Shown one piece after another: positions 7,924 to 15,943 of a stretch of 64,000 nucleotides of DNA. The translations under genes were made by a program, and so were the position numbers. This DNA is from an uncultured Eubacteriales bacterium (GTDB lineage: Bacteria > Bacillota > Clostridia > Oscillospirales > CAG-272). The notes under the pieces are model-generated. The model was not told the origin of the DNA. It made no database searches and saw only the letters and a list, made by a program, of their open reading frames with translations. The stretch covers positions 4,698-68,697 of the forward strand of contig CATWNM010000001.1 of the NCBI GenBank assembly GCA_958352145.1, written 5' to 3'. Within the stretch, counting starts at the first letter, position 1. Every line of letters begins with the position of its first letter.

Positions 7924-9037
7924 CTTTGCCGCCCTCCCCTGCCGCGGCGGACACATCCAGTTCGTCTATATACGAAGAATAGTCGCCGTAAAGATCGGAA
8001 TACTTTGATTTTTTCATAACGTGGATTTCATGCGGCAGGATTCGCAGTCCAACCACGGCACCTGGTTCGGCATAATCCGTCGTCTGCACCATCCATTTGA
8101 ATCCATCCACATCCACAATAATTTCATAATGCACGCCCTTAAACGTCACGGTGTCCACCACGCCATGGATCGGCACGGCGTCCACGCCGACGATATCGAC
8201 GTCTTCAGGCCGGATGACCACATCCACTGGCTCATCTTTTTCAAAGCCGCTGTCCACGCATTCCAGCGTGCGGCCAGCAAATTCAACAAGCTTATCCGCG
8301 TGCATGATACCGTCCAATATATTGCTCTCGCCGATAAAATCCGCCACGAAAGCGTTGACAGGCTCGTTATAGATGTCCTCAGGCGTGCCGATCTGCTGAA
8401 TGAGGCCGTTGTCCATGACCACCACCGTATCGCTCATCGAGAGCGCTTCCTCTTGGTCGTGCGTCACATAAACAAACGTAATACCCATCTTCTGCTGTAT
8501 TTTTTTCAATTCGACCTGCATTTCCTTTCGCAGCTTCAGATCCAGCGCGCCGAGCGGCTCGTCAAGAAGCAGGACTTTCGGGCTGTTTACAAGTGCCCGT
8601 GCAATGGCTACCCGCTGCTGCTGTCCGCCTGACAAGGTTTCTACATTTCTTTTTTCAAACCCGCTGAGGTTGACAATTTTCAGCATCTCCTTGACTCTCA
8701 CTGAAATTTCCTTTTCGCCCCGCTTGGCCAGCCGGAGCGCGAAGGCGACGTTCTCGTATACGTTCAAATGCGGGAACAGCGCGTACTTCTGGAAGACCGT
8801 ATTTACGGTCCGCTTATAGGGAGGCAAATCATTTATGCGTCTGCCGTCAAAATAAACGTCCCCCTCATCCGGCGTTTCAAAACCGCCAATGATGCGCAGT
8901 GTTGTCGTCTTGCCGCAGCCGGAGGGACCCAGGAGCGTAACGAATTCCTGATCGCGGATATACAGATTGATATTTTTCAACACCTGTGTATCTTCAAAGG
9001 ATTTCGATACGTTTTTCAGTTCAATAAGCCTGCTCAT
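7913..9037 (-). CDS. potA: spermidine/putrescine ABC transporter ATP-binding protein
   Basis: Walker [10 protein letters not shown], signature LSGGQQQR, Walker B LLLDEP and a C-terminal TOBE-like domain. The start was chosen at [10 protein letters not shown] (9037); the 70-aa upstream extension of the ORF looks non-coding. Confidence 0.9.
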   Translation of the reverse strand: MSRLIELKNVSKSFEDTQVLKNINLYIRDQEFVTLLGPSGCGKTTTLRIIGGFETPDEGDVYFDGRRINDLPPYKRTVNTVFQKYALFPHLNVYENVAFALRLAKRGEKEISVRVKEMLKIVNLSGFEKRNVETLSGGQQQRVAIARALVNSPKVLLLDEPLGALDLKLRKEMQVELKKIQQKMGITFVYVTHDQEEALSMSDTVVVMDNGLIQQIGTPEDIYNEPVNAFVADFIGESNILDGIMHADKLVEFAGRTLECVDSGFEKDEPVDVVIRPEDVDIVGVDAVPIHGVVDTVTFKGVHYEIIVDVDGFKWMVQTTDYAEPGAVVGLRILPHEIHVMKKSKYSDLYGDYSSYIDELDVSAAAGEGGKDAQ

Positions 9038-9134
9038 TTTCTTAGAGTTTATACACATCCTTTTTAACCGATTAAACCCCGGGAAACATACCGGAATGCC
9101 CCCGTATTTTCCCCCGTGATTCATGTCGAAAACC

Positions 9135-9163
9135 ATTATATAAAAAAGCGCTGCAAAATGCAA
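9135..9163 (-). promoter_or_regulatory. candidate sigma-70-type promoter of pot operon
   Basis: The minus strand reads TTGCAT-17 nt-TATAAT (-35 at 9158-9163, -10 at 9135-9140), about 95 nt upstream of the potA ATG. Confidence 0.45.
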
Positions 9164-9328
9164 TAGGTTTTTCAAAAAAAATACGCATTTTTTGGGAATC
9201 TGCCGCTTTGAGATTTGATTTTCCGTGAATACATGCGTTTTCTTCAATCAAATCGTTTGTTTTCTCAAAAAACCTTTTATTTTCTTTTGAATTCTTCGAT
9301 TTTGATTGAGAATCCCAAGATGTGTTAA

Positions 9329-9383
9329 GATGCACAAACACGCACACAAAAACAAGGCGTTTTTGTGTGCGTGTTTGTGCATC
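9329..9383. repeat. perfect 25-bp inverted repeat with 5-nt loop
   Basis: GATGCACAAACACGCACACAAAAAC-aaggc-GTTTTTGTGTGCGTGTTTGTGCATC. It is intergenic and has no flanking U-tract on either strand. Confidence 0.85.
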
Positions 9384-9520
9384 GCCGCAACAACTGCATA
9401 GGATCACGTTCACAAAAAGCCGTCGGCAGTACCTGCAAAGCAACGAAAGCTTTTTGAGAAAAGCGTGGTGCACCAGCCGCACACCCGCAGGGGCGGCGAT
9501 TTCTAAGCAATAATACGCAT

Positions 9521-9544
9521 AAAGAGCGGAACAATCCGCTCTTT
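9521..9544 (-). terminator. weak hairpin terminator downstream of the M15 peptidase gene
   Basis: AAAGAGCGGA-acaa-TCCGCTCTTT forms a 10-bp stem. Its A/T-rich ends could act in both directions, but there is no long U-tract. Confidence 0.4.
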
Positions 9545-9637
9545 ATGCACAATTTTTTATTTTATTTTTCTTTATATGCTTTTCAACGTCTGAGCCCCAT
9601 AAAAAATCATCTGCTGAAACGGACAAAGCGGACTCGT

Positions 9638-10897
9638 TCATTTTGTTTCTCCGCTTTCCAGATAGTCTATATATTCCTCGAGACACATATCCAGCCGATG
9701 CATCTCCGATGCATGATAACGCCCCACAAACCGGTAATGCCAAGGCTCAAAGCTATATCCCGTAATCTCTTCTTTTCCCTCCGGAAAACGCAAAATAAAC
9801 CCAAATTTATAAGCGTTGTCACACAGCCAGGCGTACACTTTCTCCTTTGCGAAGCGCTGGGAGGCGCTTGGCAGATTGTGCATGTCGCAGCACAGGCCCG
9901 TTTGATGCTCGCTCGTGCCCGGACGCGCCGAATACGTATCTACAACTTTCTGCGCTTCTTCGCGGCTGAGCCCTCCGGCCATTTCCTGTTCAGTATACAG
10001 ATTATACAGATACACCTGCTTGTCATACGAACGATAACCGCTGGTAACCGACACATCGGTATAGCCTGCCGCACGCATTTCGATATACAAAGCTTCCAGC
10101 GCTTTTTCCGCCGTCTCCACCATACGCTCGGTGCGGTCAGAGCGAGAATCTTTGATATCCACCAGATCGGACGGAACAAAATCTGCGTCAACCGTCTTTT
10201 CCCGATTGACCAAAATCAGAAAACCGTCCACATCTTCAGGACACATATACGGTTCATAAGCGGAAAGATCCGTCAGAAATTCATAAACCGGCGCGACCTT
10301 AATATCGCTCGCGTTCGGCTGATCCAGCGTTTCATCTCCCTTGACCGAAAAAGCGGGATCCGAATAAAGCGGATTGTCTTTCGTACTGGCGTTATACTGA
10401 CCGCGCGAAACAATGACCTTTCCGTTTTCCTGAAGAACTTCAATGCCGCCCATAAACTGACTGACAAATTGAAGCGGCGCATACAGCTTGCCGTCAAGCA
10501 GGCGCGCCTCAGCCATCATGTCTACAGAAGCGCCGTTAACGTCTGCAGTCTTGCTTCCGGCTTGCAGCGTAATACGTTCATCCGAATTTCCGGCATAATA
10601 AGTTTTCTCGCTTTCGCTGCCGGTCACGGTCATTTCACAAAGCAGCGCAATATCATCAAAGCAAACCATCAGTTCGCCGCCGGAGTACGCCGCCTCTGCA
10701 GAAAGCGTATAACTGTTCTTGCCGATCGTATATTCAACGCCCGGCTTCCGGCCGCCGCCGAAAAAATCAAAAATGAAAAAAAGCAGCACGATCGCCGCCA
10801 AAGCAAAAAACACGGTAAAGAAAACGGCGCCGGCACTGCTTCCATTTTTTTGCCGGGACGCCGGCCTTCTTTTCTGCGCATTCTGATTATTTTGCAT
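9638..10897 (-). CDS. M15B (VanY-type) D-alanyl-D-alanine carboxypeptidase with N-terminal TM and copper-amine-oxidase-like stalk domain
   Basis: SEHQTGLCCD and EPWHYRFVG match the VanY SxHxxGxAxD / ExxH motifs. AGGAGGA RBS precedes ATG 10897. Confidence 0.85.
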   Translation of the reverse strand: MQNNQNAQKRRPASRQKNGSSAGAVFFTVFFALAAIVLLFFIFDFFGGGRKPGVEYTIGKNSYTLSAEAAYSGGELMVCFDDIALLCEMTVTGSESEKTYYAGNSDERITLQAGSKTADVNGASVDMMAEARLLDGKLYAPLQFVSQFMGGIEVLQENGKVIVSRGQYNASTKDNPLYSDPAFSVKGDETLDQPNASDIKVAPVYEFLTDLSAYEPYMCPEDVDGFLILVNREKTVDADFVPSDLVDIKDSRSDRTERMVETAEKALEALYIEMRAAGYTDVSVTSGYRSYDKQVYLYNLYTEQEMAGGLSREEAQKVVDTYSARPGTSEHQTGLCCDMHNLPSASQRFAKEKVYAWLCDNAYKFGFILRFPEGKEEITGYSFEPWHYRFVGRYHASEMHRLDMCLEEYIDYLESGETK

Positions 10898-10905
10898 ATA
10901 TCCTC

Positions 10906-11457
10906 CTATTTTGTTTCCAGCGCGAAAAAATACGGTGCCGCCGGAGAATTGACAATCTGTACTTTTGACACGCACATTTTCCGGCGGTCAAGCCCTGCGA
11001 AATACTGTGCAAGCGCTTCTCCTTCCGCAGCCCCTTCCGCATGCCCGGGGTATACGGCAACCAGCAAAACCGCATCTTCGTCTAAAATTGAAACTGCCGC
11101 GTGCACGGCTTTTAGCGTACTTTCCCGGCACGTCGTAAATTCCTTGCGCCCGCTGCCGGGAAGATAGCCCAAATTGAACATGCCTGCTTTGACTGGTGTA
11201 TGAATATACGCTTTCAGGTTCTCATGGCTGTCGCAAATCAACGTGTAATTGGAAAGGCAAGCCTGTTCCAACCGCTTTCGTGTCGCTTCCAGCGCCTGCG
11301 TCTGCACGTCAAACGCATATACATGCCCCGTATTGCCGACTGTCCGGCACAGAAACTCGGTATCGTTTCCGTTGCCCATTGTAAAATCGGCAGCCGTATC
11401 TCCTGCGCCCAAATGACGCAGAATCAACTGCTTATGCATGTCCAATAAATCTATCAT
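10906..11457 (-). CDS. class I SAM-dependent methyltransferase, MnmM/YtqB-like
   Basis: DFTMGNGNDTEFL (SAM motif I) and the overall length resemble the YtqB family. The start at 11457 is preceded by GGTGGTG; the ORF could extend to 11514. Confidence 0.65.
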   Translation of the reverse strand: MIDLLDMHKQLILRHLGAGDTAADFTMGNGNDTEFLCRTVGNTGHVYAFDVQTQALEATRKRLEQACLSNYTLICDSHENLKAYIHTPVKAGMFNLGYLPGSGRKEFTTCRESTLKAVHAAVSILDEDAVLLVAVYPGHAEGAAEGEALAQYFAGLDRRKMCVSKVQIVNSPAAPYFFALETK

Positions 11458-11588
11458 TCCATTTACACCACCAAAATCGACCGCATCTGCATATTCCGCC
11501 CACAAAAAACGCATCGCGGCACACCGCTTTTTCCGCCATACGGCGTGCCGCTTTTTATGTACATTTTATCACACGCACGCTGCCGCTG

Positions 11589-12140
11589 TCAAGGTATTAT
11601 AGCAATTCCAGCAAGCAAATCGGCATAGCAGGTATCGGCAGAAAAATCGATTTCGAAACGCACGCCGAGAATTTTGATAAAACGCGCTGAAGCAAAGTTA
11701 TAGGTACTCAGCGGACGATCGAACGCGTCGTCCGAATGAGCGGCAACAAGAATTTCTCCCTGTTCCGAAAATCCGCTCACAAGCAACGTATGATAGTAAT
11801 CTCCCTCGGCGTTTGCAAGCTGTACGACATCCCCCACAGCCACCCTTGTCTCGTCGACTTCCGCGCCGTAAGGTCCCACGCCCGCATTGCCTGTCATAAA
11901 GTTATAAAAGAATTCTACGCCCGTCCATGAAGCCGTGCGAGAATTTTCATCCAAATAATACCAACCAAAAACAGGCGTAAAGTTCATTTGACAACTTCCA
12001 GCAAATACGCATTGGGAAACAAAATTGGTGCAGTCGCCGCCTATGCCGGTATAATTATAAAATAGCGGATTCCGTGCAGCCGCCCAAGTTTGCGCATATT
12101 CCTGCGCGCGTCTGCGATCATACGGCCGTTCTACTAACAT
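11589..12140 (-). CDS. putative amidase-domain protein (Amidase_6-like)
   Basis: GGDCTNFVSQCVFAG carries the catalytic Cys motif and HTLLVSG is present, both typical of this family. GAGGTGA RBS is present. Confidence 0.65.
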   Translation of the reverse strand: MLVERPYDRRRAQEYAQTWAAARNPLFYNYTGIGGDCTNFVSQCVFAGSCQMNFTPVFGWYYLDENSRTASWTGVEFFYNFMTGNAGVGPYGAEVDETRVAVGDVVQLANAEGDYYHTLLVSGFSEQGEILVAAHSDDAFDRPLSTYNFASARFIKILGVRFEIDFSADTCYADLLAGIAIIP

Positions 12141-12259
12141 AAAATCACCTCAAACAAAGCATATGCAAAAACGCGCAAAGGCGTGCCGCGCGCTGAAGAA
12201 GGCAACGGCATCTGACGTGCAGATTCATGCTGCGGCAGAGGCAATTATCAATGCTGAGA

Positions 12260-12952
12260 TTATATATCCACGCCTCCGCGTGGGAGGCGACCGGACGCTG
12301 CCTCACTTAGTCAGGCGGCTGCTTTATTTCAATCCACGCCTCCGCGTGGGAGGCGACTCAAGCAGCACTCGTTTAACTGTGTCGCCACTGGCATTTCAAT
12401 CCACGCCTCCGCGTGGGAGGCGACTGCTGCTAATAATTTGTCTTGGTCATTTTCTTTAATTTCAATCCACGCCTCCGCGTGGGAGGCGACGAGGCCGTAA
12501 TTTTATTTTTTTCTGCATAAACGCATTTCAATCCACGCCTCCGCGTGGGAGGCGACGCGCGGAAACGGTAGACGCCTTGACGGACAGCGCCATTTCAATC
12601 CACGCCTCCGCGTGGGAGGCGACATTGCATCATAAATATGGATGTTGTAACGCTATAATTTCAATCCACGCCTCCGCGTGGGAGGCGACTGTGCAGAAAT
12701 TTGCGATCTATTTTGAGGACCTATTTCAATCCACGCCTCCGCGTGGGAGGCGACTTTGCCGTATAAGTGGATGCGTAAAAAGCGGTATATTTCAATCCAC
12801 GCCTCCGCGTGGGAGGCGACTTTGCCGTATAAGTGGATGCGTAAAAAGCGGTATATTTCAATCCACGCCTCCGCGTGGGAGGCGACTTCTCTCAATGATT
12901 TTTCTGTTTCTCTCTCTAAAATTTCAATCCACGCCTCCGCGTGGGAGGCGAC
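12260..12952 (-). CRISPR. CRISPR array, 11 repeats (32 nt) / 10 spacers (33-35 nt), type I-C repeat
   Basis: Transcribed-strand repeat is GTCGCCTCCCACGCGGAGGCGTGGATTGAAAT. Repeats start at 12260 (4 mismatches), 12326, 12393, 12459, 12525, 12592, 12658, 12723, 12789, 12855 and 12921. The cas genes lie on the same strand. Confidence 0.97.
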
Positions 12953-13124
12953 AGCAAATTTGTATAATTATATCATACAAATTTTGAAAAACTAAGCAAA
13001 AACTTAAAAAAACATAATTATTTTAAACGAACAATGTAAATTTACTGCCCGTACAGACCTTTCTACCCGCATTTCAACGATGCGAACCTCCCACAGTTTT
13101 CATGTGCGCTTATACTTCGCATCG
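12953..13124 (-). promoter_or_regulatory. CRISPR leader (AT-rich) between cas2 and first repeat
   Basis: A 172-nt AT-rich segment sits next to the intact-repeat end, and the degenerate repeat lies at the opposite end. This fits a leader-proximal position. Confidence 0.55.
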
Positions 13125-13415
13125 TCAAATAATCAGCGTACTTTCCGGCAAATAAGACTGTTTGCATCCGAAATGCTCCACTTTATTTTCATACTTATTT
13201 CCCAAATAATAAAACCGAAGACTATCCTTTTCCGAGTCCATAATCGCGCATAGTTTGGCCTGAAGCATCTTACACTGCGCAGCGTCCAAAAGGCACTCAA
13301 AAACCGAACACTGTACCCGCTGACCATAATTTACGCATTGCCTAGCGATTTTTCTGAGTCTCTTTCTGCCCTCTGCATCTTCTGTGTTCACATCATACGT
13401 AATCAGCACCAACAT
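13125..13415 (-). CDS. cas2: CRISPR-associated endoribonuclease Cas2
   Basis: MLVLITYDVNTEDAEGRKRLRKIARQC... is a canonical Cas2 N-terminus. It is 96 aa and starts 5 nt after the cas1 stop. Confidence 0.93.
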   Translation of the reverse strand: MLVLITYDVNTEDAEGRKRLRKIARQCVNYGQRVQCSVFECLLDAAQCKMLQAKLCAIMDSEKDSLRFYYLGNKYENKVEHFGCKQSYLPESTLII

Positions 13416-13419
13416 AAAA

Positions 13420-14451
13420 TCACTTCCATAAAAACGGCGGATACGCATCCATATCGCCGCGCAAATACCGTGCCAAAAGTAGAGCCTGAACATACGGAAT
13501 GAGCCCCCATTCCATCTTTTCTTCCAGAAACGGATGACTTAGTGCATCTTTCTTTTTTTCCTGCCAGCACTTTAAAAACGTTCGCCTGCCATCCTCATTC
13601 AATAATACGGCTCCACTCTCCGTCGTCTCAAAATTCTCCGCTTTAATCATCCGATTATTAATCATCGTCAGCACAAACCGATCCGCCATGCATGGACGCA
13701 ATTCCTCCATCAAATCAAGCGCAAGAGACATTCTTCCCGGGCGGTCACGATGCATAAACCCAACGTAGGCATCAAGTCCAACGCTTTCCAGCGCCGAAGC
13801 GCAGTCATGTAAAAGCAGGTTATACGCAAACGAAAGCATCGCGTTGACATGATCTAGCGGCGGTCTTCGGTTACGCCCATGAAAATAAAATATGTCTTTG
13901 TGATTCAAAATCATATGGTCTAAGACGCCAAAATACGACGAAGCCGCGGCGCCCTCTACCCCGCGCAGGCTGTCAAGAGAAGTCTGCTGCATGATCTGCG
14001 GCAGCATCTGCTGCAGTTGTCCGGATGCGGCGCCAAGCGCAGCATCATCCACGCACAGCCCGTGATCACGCCGGGTGCGCTCGATGCTGCGCCGGGCATT
14101 ATACAGCTTTCCAAACAGCATGCACCGCGCCGCAAGGCAGCTTTGCGACTCATCGTCCGCGATGCGGTATTGGCGGCGGCGCAGCAAAACGTTCCCATTA
14201 TTTTCTCCGCAGGTTCTGGCTAAAAATTTTCCTTGCGGCGTGCAGAAAGAAAAAGCAATTCCCCGCTTGGCACAAGCTCCGAGCAAAGCCGGCGACGCAC
14301 CTGCGTAAGAAAACGAAATAATACCGCAAAAATTGTGCAGCGGATATCTTGCAACATGCTGCTTTTCCCGATTGGCTACAACGTTTTCCCCGTCTAGTGA
14401 CAAATACAAATCCTCTGAAGTCACAAACAACGTATTCAACAAATGTTTCAT
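13420..14451 (-). CDS. cas1: CRISPR-associated endonuclease Cas1 (type I-C)
   Basis: 343 aa with Cas1-like motifs (...FHGRNRRPPLDHVNAMLSFAYNLL...). It sits between cas4 and cas2. Confidence 0.93.
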   Translation of the reverse strand: MKHLLNTLFVTSEDLYLSLDGENVVANREKQHVARYPLHNFCGIISFSYAGASPALLGACAKRGIAFSFCTPQGKFLARTCGENNGNVLLRRRQYRIADDESQSCLAARCMLFGKLYNARRSIERTRRDHGLCVDDAALGAASGQLQQMLPQIMQQTSLDSLRGVEGAAASSYFGVLDHMILNHKDIFYFHGRNRRPPLDHVNAMLSFAYNLLLHDCASALESVGLDAYVGFMHRDRPGRMSLALDLMEELRPCMADRFVLTMINNRMIKAENFETTESGAVLLNEDGRRTFLKCWQEKKKDALSHPFLEEKMEWGLIPYVQALLLARYLRGDMDAYPPFLWK

Positions 14452-14454
14452 GTT

Positions 14455-15111
14455 TTACTCCCCTGCAGCACACTCGATATACGCGGCGGCCGACCCGCCG
14501 CGCAGCAGCTTCGGCAAGCAGATTTCTTTAAGCGAACAGGCGTTGCAGGATTTTGTGGGCCTGACCTTCGGCGTATATCCGCGCTTGTACATGCTGTGCA
14601 TCTCCAAAATCGCGTCCCGGACACCCGCACGCAGTGCCTCCGTAAATTCAACTTCCGTCCTATGCCGCGTCTCTCCGGAATACAACGCGCCCTTTGGAAT
14701 ATCACAGCACAGCATCTCTTCAAGACACATAGCCTGTCCGCACAATTGAAGATGATCTCCTGCGCGCAGATTATGGCCGCTTCTCTTATACTCGACCGGG
14801 TATGGCTGCCATAATCCTTCACGCCCCTCGAGCACTGCGCCGTCCGCCGCGCGCCTAAACTCCAAAACATCGCACGCGCCAGACACGCCGAGCGTCGAAG
14901 AAAATATGCGGATGCCGCGCGCAATCAGCAAATCACCCCGGCTTTCGCGCAAGGTCGCATCGTGCGCTTTCGCATGCATCAACCGGCCGTCGGCCGTCCG
15001 ATAATTTTCTTCCCATTGCTGCTCGATATGAATCAGCGCCCACTGGCGGCGGCAAAATGCAAAATGCTGAATGCCCGAAAGCATCAAAAACTCGTCCTCA
15101 TTATACGCCAT
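14455..15111 (-). CDS. cas4: CRISPR-associated exonuclease Cas4
   Basis: RecB-like nuclease with an N-terminal Cys (HFAFCRRQW) and a C-terminal CNACSLKEIC cluster. 218 aa. Confidence 0.9.
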   Translation of the reverse strand: MAYNEDEFLMLSGIQHFAFCRRQWALIHIEQQWEENYRTADGRLMHAKAHDATLRESRGDLLIARGIRIFSSTLGVSGACDVLEFRRAADGAVLEGREGLWQPYPVEYKRSGHNLRAGDHLQLCGQAMCLEEMLCCDIPKGALYSGETRHRTEVEFTEALRAGVRDAILEMHSMYKRGYTPKVRPTKSCNACSLKEICLPKLLRGGSAAAYIECAAGE

Positions 15112-15943
15112 CGATCACCTCGCATTGAAGGTCCGGAAGCGTATGCAGCGTGATTTCATAGTCGTCGATATCGGAAGCCTCCTCAAGCCCCTGCTTCAGC
15201 TGCACATCGACCAAGCGGTGAACCTGCGCCGAGGAATACTGCCCGATTTTAGAATTATGTTCCCACCAGTACAGCCTGTACACCTCCATCGAACCATCCG
15301 GACGCGCCGAAGAGGCGTCGTTGACAAACAGCGTGCGCAGGCATTCTTTGATAATTTGCGCGTCTTCGTAGCTGAAACCGGTTTTTTCCGCAAGCTGTAC
15401 GTTGATGGCGCCCTTGATCCTGTAAAAGCCATAGCGGACAAAGTGCTTCATACCCATGGTATCGCTCCCGCGTTTCTCGCCGGGCTCGCTGTTCACGCTT
15501 TTGGTGATCTGCATAGACCGTACCTCAATTGGAAACACACTCACTGCCTGATGGATAGAAACCGGCCCGCGTATGCCTCCGGACACATCCTCCGACTCCT
15601 TCGACTTAAAAGCGAATACCTGACCGAAGCTGCGGACGTCCATCCATGTCTGACAGGCAAGCTTGGCATATTCTTCCCTGCTGCCGGTCTGCGCAATCAT
15701 TTTTGCGCGCTCTCTAAGACAAGTGCACCCATCGTCAGAGCGATCGGCCGACTGCACGAAAATACGGTATCCCATATCCTGCATGCGGTTGCGGATCTTG
15801 CGCTTAATACACACATCGGATATTTCGCCAAATCCATCGTAGTCAATTCTCGGACGATTTCCATTTAAGGGATCGCCGTTTGAATTGGCCATTTTGACGC
15901 TGACCAGCGCCGTAAAGTCGATTTTGTTCTTCAGTTCACTCAT
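15101..15943 (-). CDS. cas7: type I-C Cas7 (Csd2)
   Basis: 280 aa with an MANSNGDPLNGNRPR N-terminus typical of Csd2/Cas7c. It overlaps cas4 by 11 nt and cas8c by 8 nt. Confidence 0.9.
   Translation of the reverse strand: MSELKNKIDFTALVSVKMANSNGDPLNGNRPRIDYDGFGEISDVCIKRKIRNRMQDMGYRIFVQSADRSDDGCTCLRERAKMIAQTGSREEYAKLACQTWMDVRSFGQVFAFKSKESEDVSGGIRGPVSIHQAVSVFPIEVRSMQITKSVNSEPGEKRGSDTMGMKHFVRYGFYRIKGAINVQLAEKTGFSYEDAQIIKECLRTLFVNDASSARPDGSMEVYRLYWWEHNSKIGQYSSAQVHRLVDVQLKQGLEEASDIDDYEITLHTLPDLQCEVIDGV

Noticed and set aside
9038-9134. The pot operon 5' UTR contains ACGGGGG twice, which recalls ACGR-loop guanidine-II (mini-ykkC) hairpins.
   Set aside because: The ACGG motifs are not in the loops of stable hairpins, because the flanking sequences are not complementary. 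No riboswitch is called.
7913-9247. N-terminally extended versions of tracked ORFs: potA to 9247, tyrA from 40457, aroC from 43771, aroE from 46017, and aroQ from 47231. Also cdd to 37601, trxB to 34819, cas2 to 13493, cas5 to 18572, the ABC ATPase to 58231 and GntR to 56207.
   Set aside because: The extensions overlap upstream genes or intergenic DNA and lack RBSs. The conserved family N-termini begin at internal start codons that are preceded by GGAGG-like sequences.
9545-11167. A 540-aa open reading frame on the plus strand, the second-longest plus-strand ORF in the first 12 kb.
   Set aside because: It runs antisense to two well-supported minus-strand genes, the M15 peptidase and the methyltransferase. 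It has no RBS, and its product is Arg/Ile/Phe-rich low-complexity sequence typical of the antisense frame of GC-rich genes.
12141-12259. Possible additional decayed repeat-spacer units beyond the degenerate terminal repeat.
   Set aside because: The sequence at the expected 66-nt register (about 12194-12225) shows no similarity to the repeat.
12292-12920. Self-targeting: whether any spacer matches the mobile element (1-4934) or the low-GC islets in this window.
   Set aside because: I saw no match on visual comparison, but this was not exhaustive. An exact or approximate string search of the 9 unique spacers against the genome is needed before drawing any conclusion.
12163-12995. ORFs 12163-12459, 12577-12987, 12653-12895 and 12756-12995, which have repetitive peptides (STPPRGRRL, HASAWEAT).
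   Set aside because: They are translations of the CRISPR repeat in different frames. The periodic peptide repeats come from the 32-nt repeat.
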